Of a stretch of DNA of 64,000 nt, positions 60,709-64,000 are shown piece after piece. How positions within the stretch are numbered: position 1 is the first letter of the stretch; the number at the start of each line of letters is the position of its first letter. Below the pieces are notes generated by a model. It had not been told where the DNA came from. It was given only the letters and a program-made list of their open reading frames with translations, and made no database searches. The stretch comes from Eledone cirrhosa (lineage: Eukaryota): assembly GCA_964016885.1 (NCBI GenBank), contig OZ024740.1:239568001-239632000 (forward strand), in the 5' to 3' direction. A program made the position numbers and the translations under genes.

Positions 60709-60772
60709 CATAAATGGGATATATACATAAACGTAACATAAATGGGATATATACATATATATATAAATATAC

Positions 60773-60862
<90 letters not shown>

Positions 60863-61043
60863 GTTATTCCGGGTTGAATCGGAGGTAACCACAGTAAGTA
60901 AGGTACTCAATACATAGCAGAGTATAACAGTTTTAATATAGATGAGATTCTACAGGACTAGAACTGTTTCATTCATTAGAAATCATCAGGTGATTTCTAA
61001 TGAATGAAACAGTTCTAGTCCTGTAGAATCTCATCTATATTAA

Positions 61044-61151
<108 letters not shown>

Positions 61152-61276
61152 TTATATATATATGTATATATCCCATTTATGTTACGTTTTTGCCAATGAG
61201 TGGAACTGGTGATTCCGGTTAGTATGCGATGATACAACGAATTAAAGCTCTCGACGGACATTATGTAAATCATCAG

Positions 61277-61463
61277 CGGTGGATTGGCAGTATCGGTAGA
61301 GGGTCGGACACCATGCTTTCCAGCATAGTTACGTCCCTTTACGATCTGAGTTCAAATCCCGCCGAGGTTGACTTTGCCTTTCATCCTTACGGGGTCGATA
61401 AAATAAAGTACCAGTAATGCACTGGATAATTGCTGGCCTTGTGCCTAAAGTAGAAACAATTAT
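61277..61463 (+). mobile_element. SINE, dominant family
   Basis: A and B boxes; flanked by the duplication attatgtaaatcatc. Confidence 0.9.
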
Positions 61464-61472
61464 GTAAATCAT

Positions 61473-61520
<48 letters not shown>

Positions 61521-62233
61521 AGTGTGTGTGTGTGTATGTGTGTGCGTGCGCGTGTCCGTGTGTGTGTGTAACAAATGGAAACTATATTTATAAAACCATA
61601 TTTATTTCATTATACATATTTCAAGGACACCAAGTTAAATTATGGTGTGCTTTCATCAGATAAAATATAATATAGATCAGTTTTATAAATAAATATTGAC
61701 ATACCCTTAAAGAATGCAACCATTACTGTTGGAAGCTCCCATGTGAGTGTGTGTGTGTGTGTGTATGTGTGTGTGTGTGCGTGCGTGTGTTCGTGTGTGT
61801 ATGTGTGTATTTGTGTATGCGTAGATATGTGTAGTGGTAGATATATTAATACGTCGGTGTTGATATAGAAGTGATTTGGTGACCAGATTCGGGTGATTGA
61901 CTGCAGCCAGTGGATGGATTTGAGTGGTCCAAGGATAGCGGTGACCCCTGAACTACTGAACCAATGAAAAGAACCTATTAACAGGATAATGGTAGGTGCT
62001 GCAGCTGGAACGGATGGAATAGTTTCAATTGGATGGAATGTTTTGAAAACGAAAAACATATCTGAGGAGCTTGCGAATGCAGAGTCGAGTTCGATCTGTA
62101 ACAGATCCTGCTCTGAGCTGACCGTCGGAGAAACATATGTAATATGTTAATAAATTGTGTTTTGATGCATCACTGATTACTAGTTATCTATAATATATAT
62201 TATATATATATATTATATATATATTATATAATA

Positions 62234-62305
<72 letters not shown>

Positions 62306-62309
<4 letters not shown>

Positions 62310-62500
62310 AACGAGTAGGACCCCGACGGCTGAGCTGAAGCCGATTCGACGGCTAATTCTGGACTCAGAATTAGCCGTCGAAACGGCGCTTGAGCTCAGC
62401 CGTCGGGGTCCTACTCGTTCCTATTACCCACTCTACTACCCTAAGTATTGAGTACTTTGGTGCGTTAATGTCCACCTGGTTCCTTACCACATTTCCTCCG

Positions 62501-62502
<2 letters not shown>
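62306..62502. mobile_element. Fold-back short element in (TA)n; same family at 62770-62938 and 219-290
   Basis: ~55-bp inverted arms centred near 62365; shared tail ccctaagtattgagtact..cttaccac. Confidence 0.8.
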
Positions 62503-62539
<37 letters not shown>

Positions 62540-62600
62540 ATTAAAAAAATAATGAATAAAACAATGAAACAGTTCCTTATATTAAACAAAAAAAGTTCAT

Positions 62601-62743
62601 TATTTAACGATCGTTTCTAGGACATATATGTGTTAGAATTGGCATGTATATTTAACAGATCTATGTACAAAATTATACAAAATTATACAAACTATCAAAT
62701 CTAATATACACACCAACACATACATATGCCGTCTTCAGAAATA
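62601..62743 (-). ncRNA. Hammerhead with long stem II
   Basis: tattt CTGAAGA c ggcatatgtatgtgttgg..ctaacacatatatgtcc ta GAAA CGATCG TT aaata. Confidence 0.65.
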
Positions 62744-62962
62744 TATATATATATTTATATATATATAATAGGAAAAGAGTCAGGACCCCGACGGCTGAGC
62801 CCCGGCCGTTTCGACAGCTAGATCCGGAGCTCACCCGTTAGGATCCTGACTCTTTTCCTATTACCCACTCTACTGCCCTAAGTATTGAGTACTCTGGTGC
62901 GTTATAGTCCACCTGGTATCTTACCACACCCTCATTGTTATATGTATATGTATATGTACATG

Positions 62963-63009
<47 letters not shown>

Positions 63010-63481
63010 TAAAATAACAGATTAAAGTTTAAGCAAAGAATCGCTGCTTTCACCCTTAACGGGATCTTCTGAAACTAACCCTTTATTTTAATAAATATTT
63101 GCTCTTCGGTTCCTATATATTTGATATATATTTTGCTTATCGAGCCCTCTTTGGATTTTAGTCTTCAATTTTATTATTATTACTATATATATATATATAT
63201 ATCATAAAATATGTCTTTAGAGTCACTAGATATAGTATATACCATTTCCTCTCCCAATTAGCATAATTAACCATACAAAATATCAATTAGACCAAGTTAT
63301 AAGAATAAAGGCTCTTATGAAGAAATCTCCTACAAATAACCAAAAGCAGCCCCTTCGCGGTGGCTACGATAGATATTTAGCTAACATTTCGACAGCATGT
63401 AAAAATCGACCAGATATACAGTCAACTAAACACAATTAGGTGTAAAATAGAACTTAGAAGAATTGCGTACATACCTAATTA

Positions 63482-63557
63482 CTTTTACCATGGTTTCATC
63501 CGTATTTTAAGACATCTGTTAACATAGAATGTCCAGAGCTTCGGAATCATCAGGAGC
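63482..63557 (-). ncRNA. Hammerhead core with disrupted stem I in a ~560-bp element between TA tracts
   Basis: CTGATGA t tccg..cgga t GAAA CCATGG TA. Confidence 0.55.
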
Positions 63558-63827
63558 GAGCTCAAAATTAGACATTTAATTTTCCAAAGTGATCACGCCA
63601 AAAATACATTAAAAAATGGCTAAGAATCGTGACGCGGCAGCGGTCAAGTTAGAAAGGATGTGATTAGTTGCTTACGGTGGGTAGGCATATTGTTAGAAAG
63701 CGCAGCCTAATACCGCCAAATTGTATCTCAACCTAACGGGAGATTATTACATATAATGGTTTACATATATATATAAAAAGTCATAGATATATATGTGTTT
63801 TGCAACCGGTCACGTTGTGGCTCAATG

Positions 63828-63895
<68 letters not shown>

Positions 63896-63945
63896 AAAAA
63901 AGAAGAAATCAAGTCTTTTTTTTTTTAATATATATTTATTTGGTT

Positions 63946-63985
63946 CTTCTACCGGTTTCGCAGTTCTTCTGCTTTTCAAAAGTAG
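63946..63985 (-). ncRNA. Minimal U3-A8 hammerhead-like motif (family copies ~12380-12415, ~35275-35312)
   Basis: ctt TTGAAAA gcag aagaa ctgc GAAA CCGG TA gaag. Confidence 0.55.
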
Positions 63986-64000
63986 AATTGAAAAGGAGGG

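Noticed and set aside
61860-62120. Possible LINE RT fragment (AAGTDGI)
   Set aside because: Only one weak motif; insufficient support.

Overview
AT-rich, microsatellite-saturated animal non-coding DNA; the tRNA-derived SINE family and (TA)n density suggest an octopus or other coleoid cephalopod (inference). No host protein-coding gene is supported; almost all short ORFs are microsatellite translations. The window is transposon debris: two large decayed Penelope-like elements (PLEs, RT + C-terminal GIY-YIG) plus three GIY-YIG fragments, a 5'-truncated L1/Tx1-like LINE, RTE fragments, two mariner remnants, two Helitrons, many SINEs, and a 200-N gap flanked by a near-identical duplication. The main hidden structure is RNA: about 25 type I hammerhead ribozyme (HHR) motifs, folded by hand, from more than ten sequence-unrelated short elements in (TA)n tracts, often as fold-back inversions. 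The best case is an ORF-less array of 5.2 apparently identical 615-bp units (53251-56446), each with a complete minus-strand hammerhead carrying the U3-A8 core variant (UUGACAA), which a CUGANGA search would miss. It looks like a retrozyme-type (circular RNA, rolling-circle reverse-transcribed) element. Ribozyme activity is untested and element boundaries are approximate.
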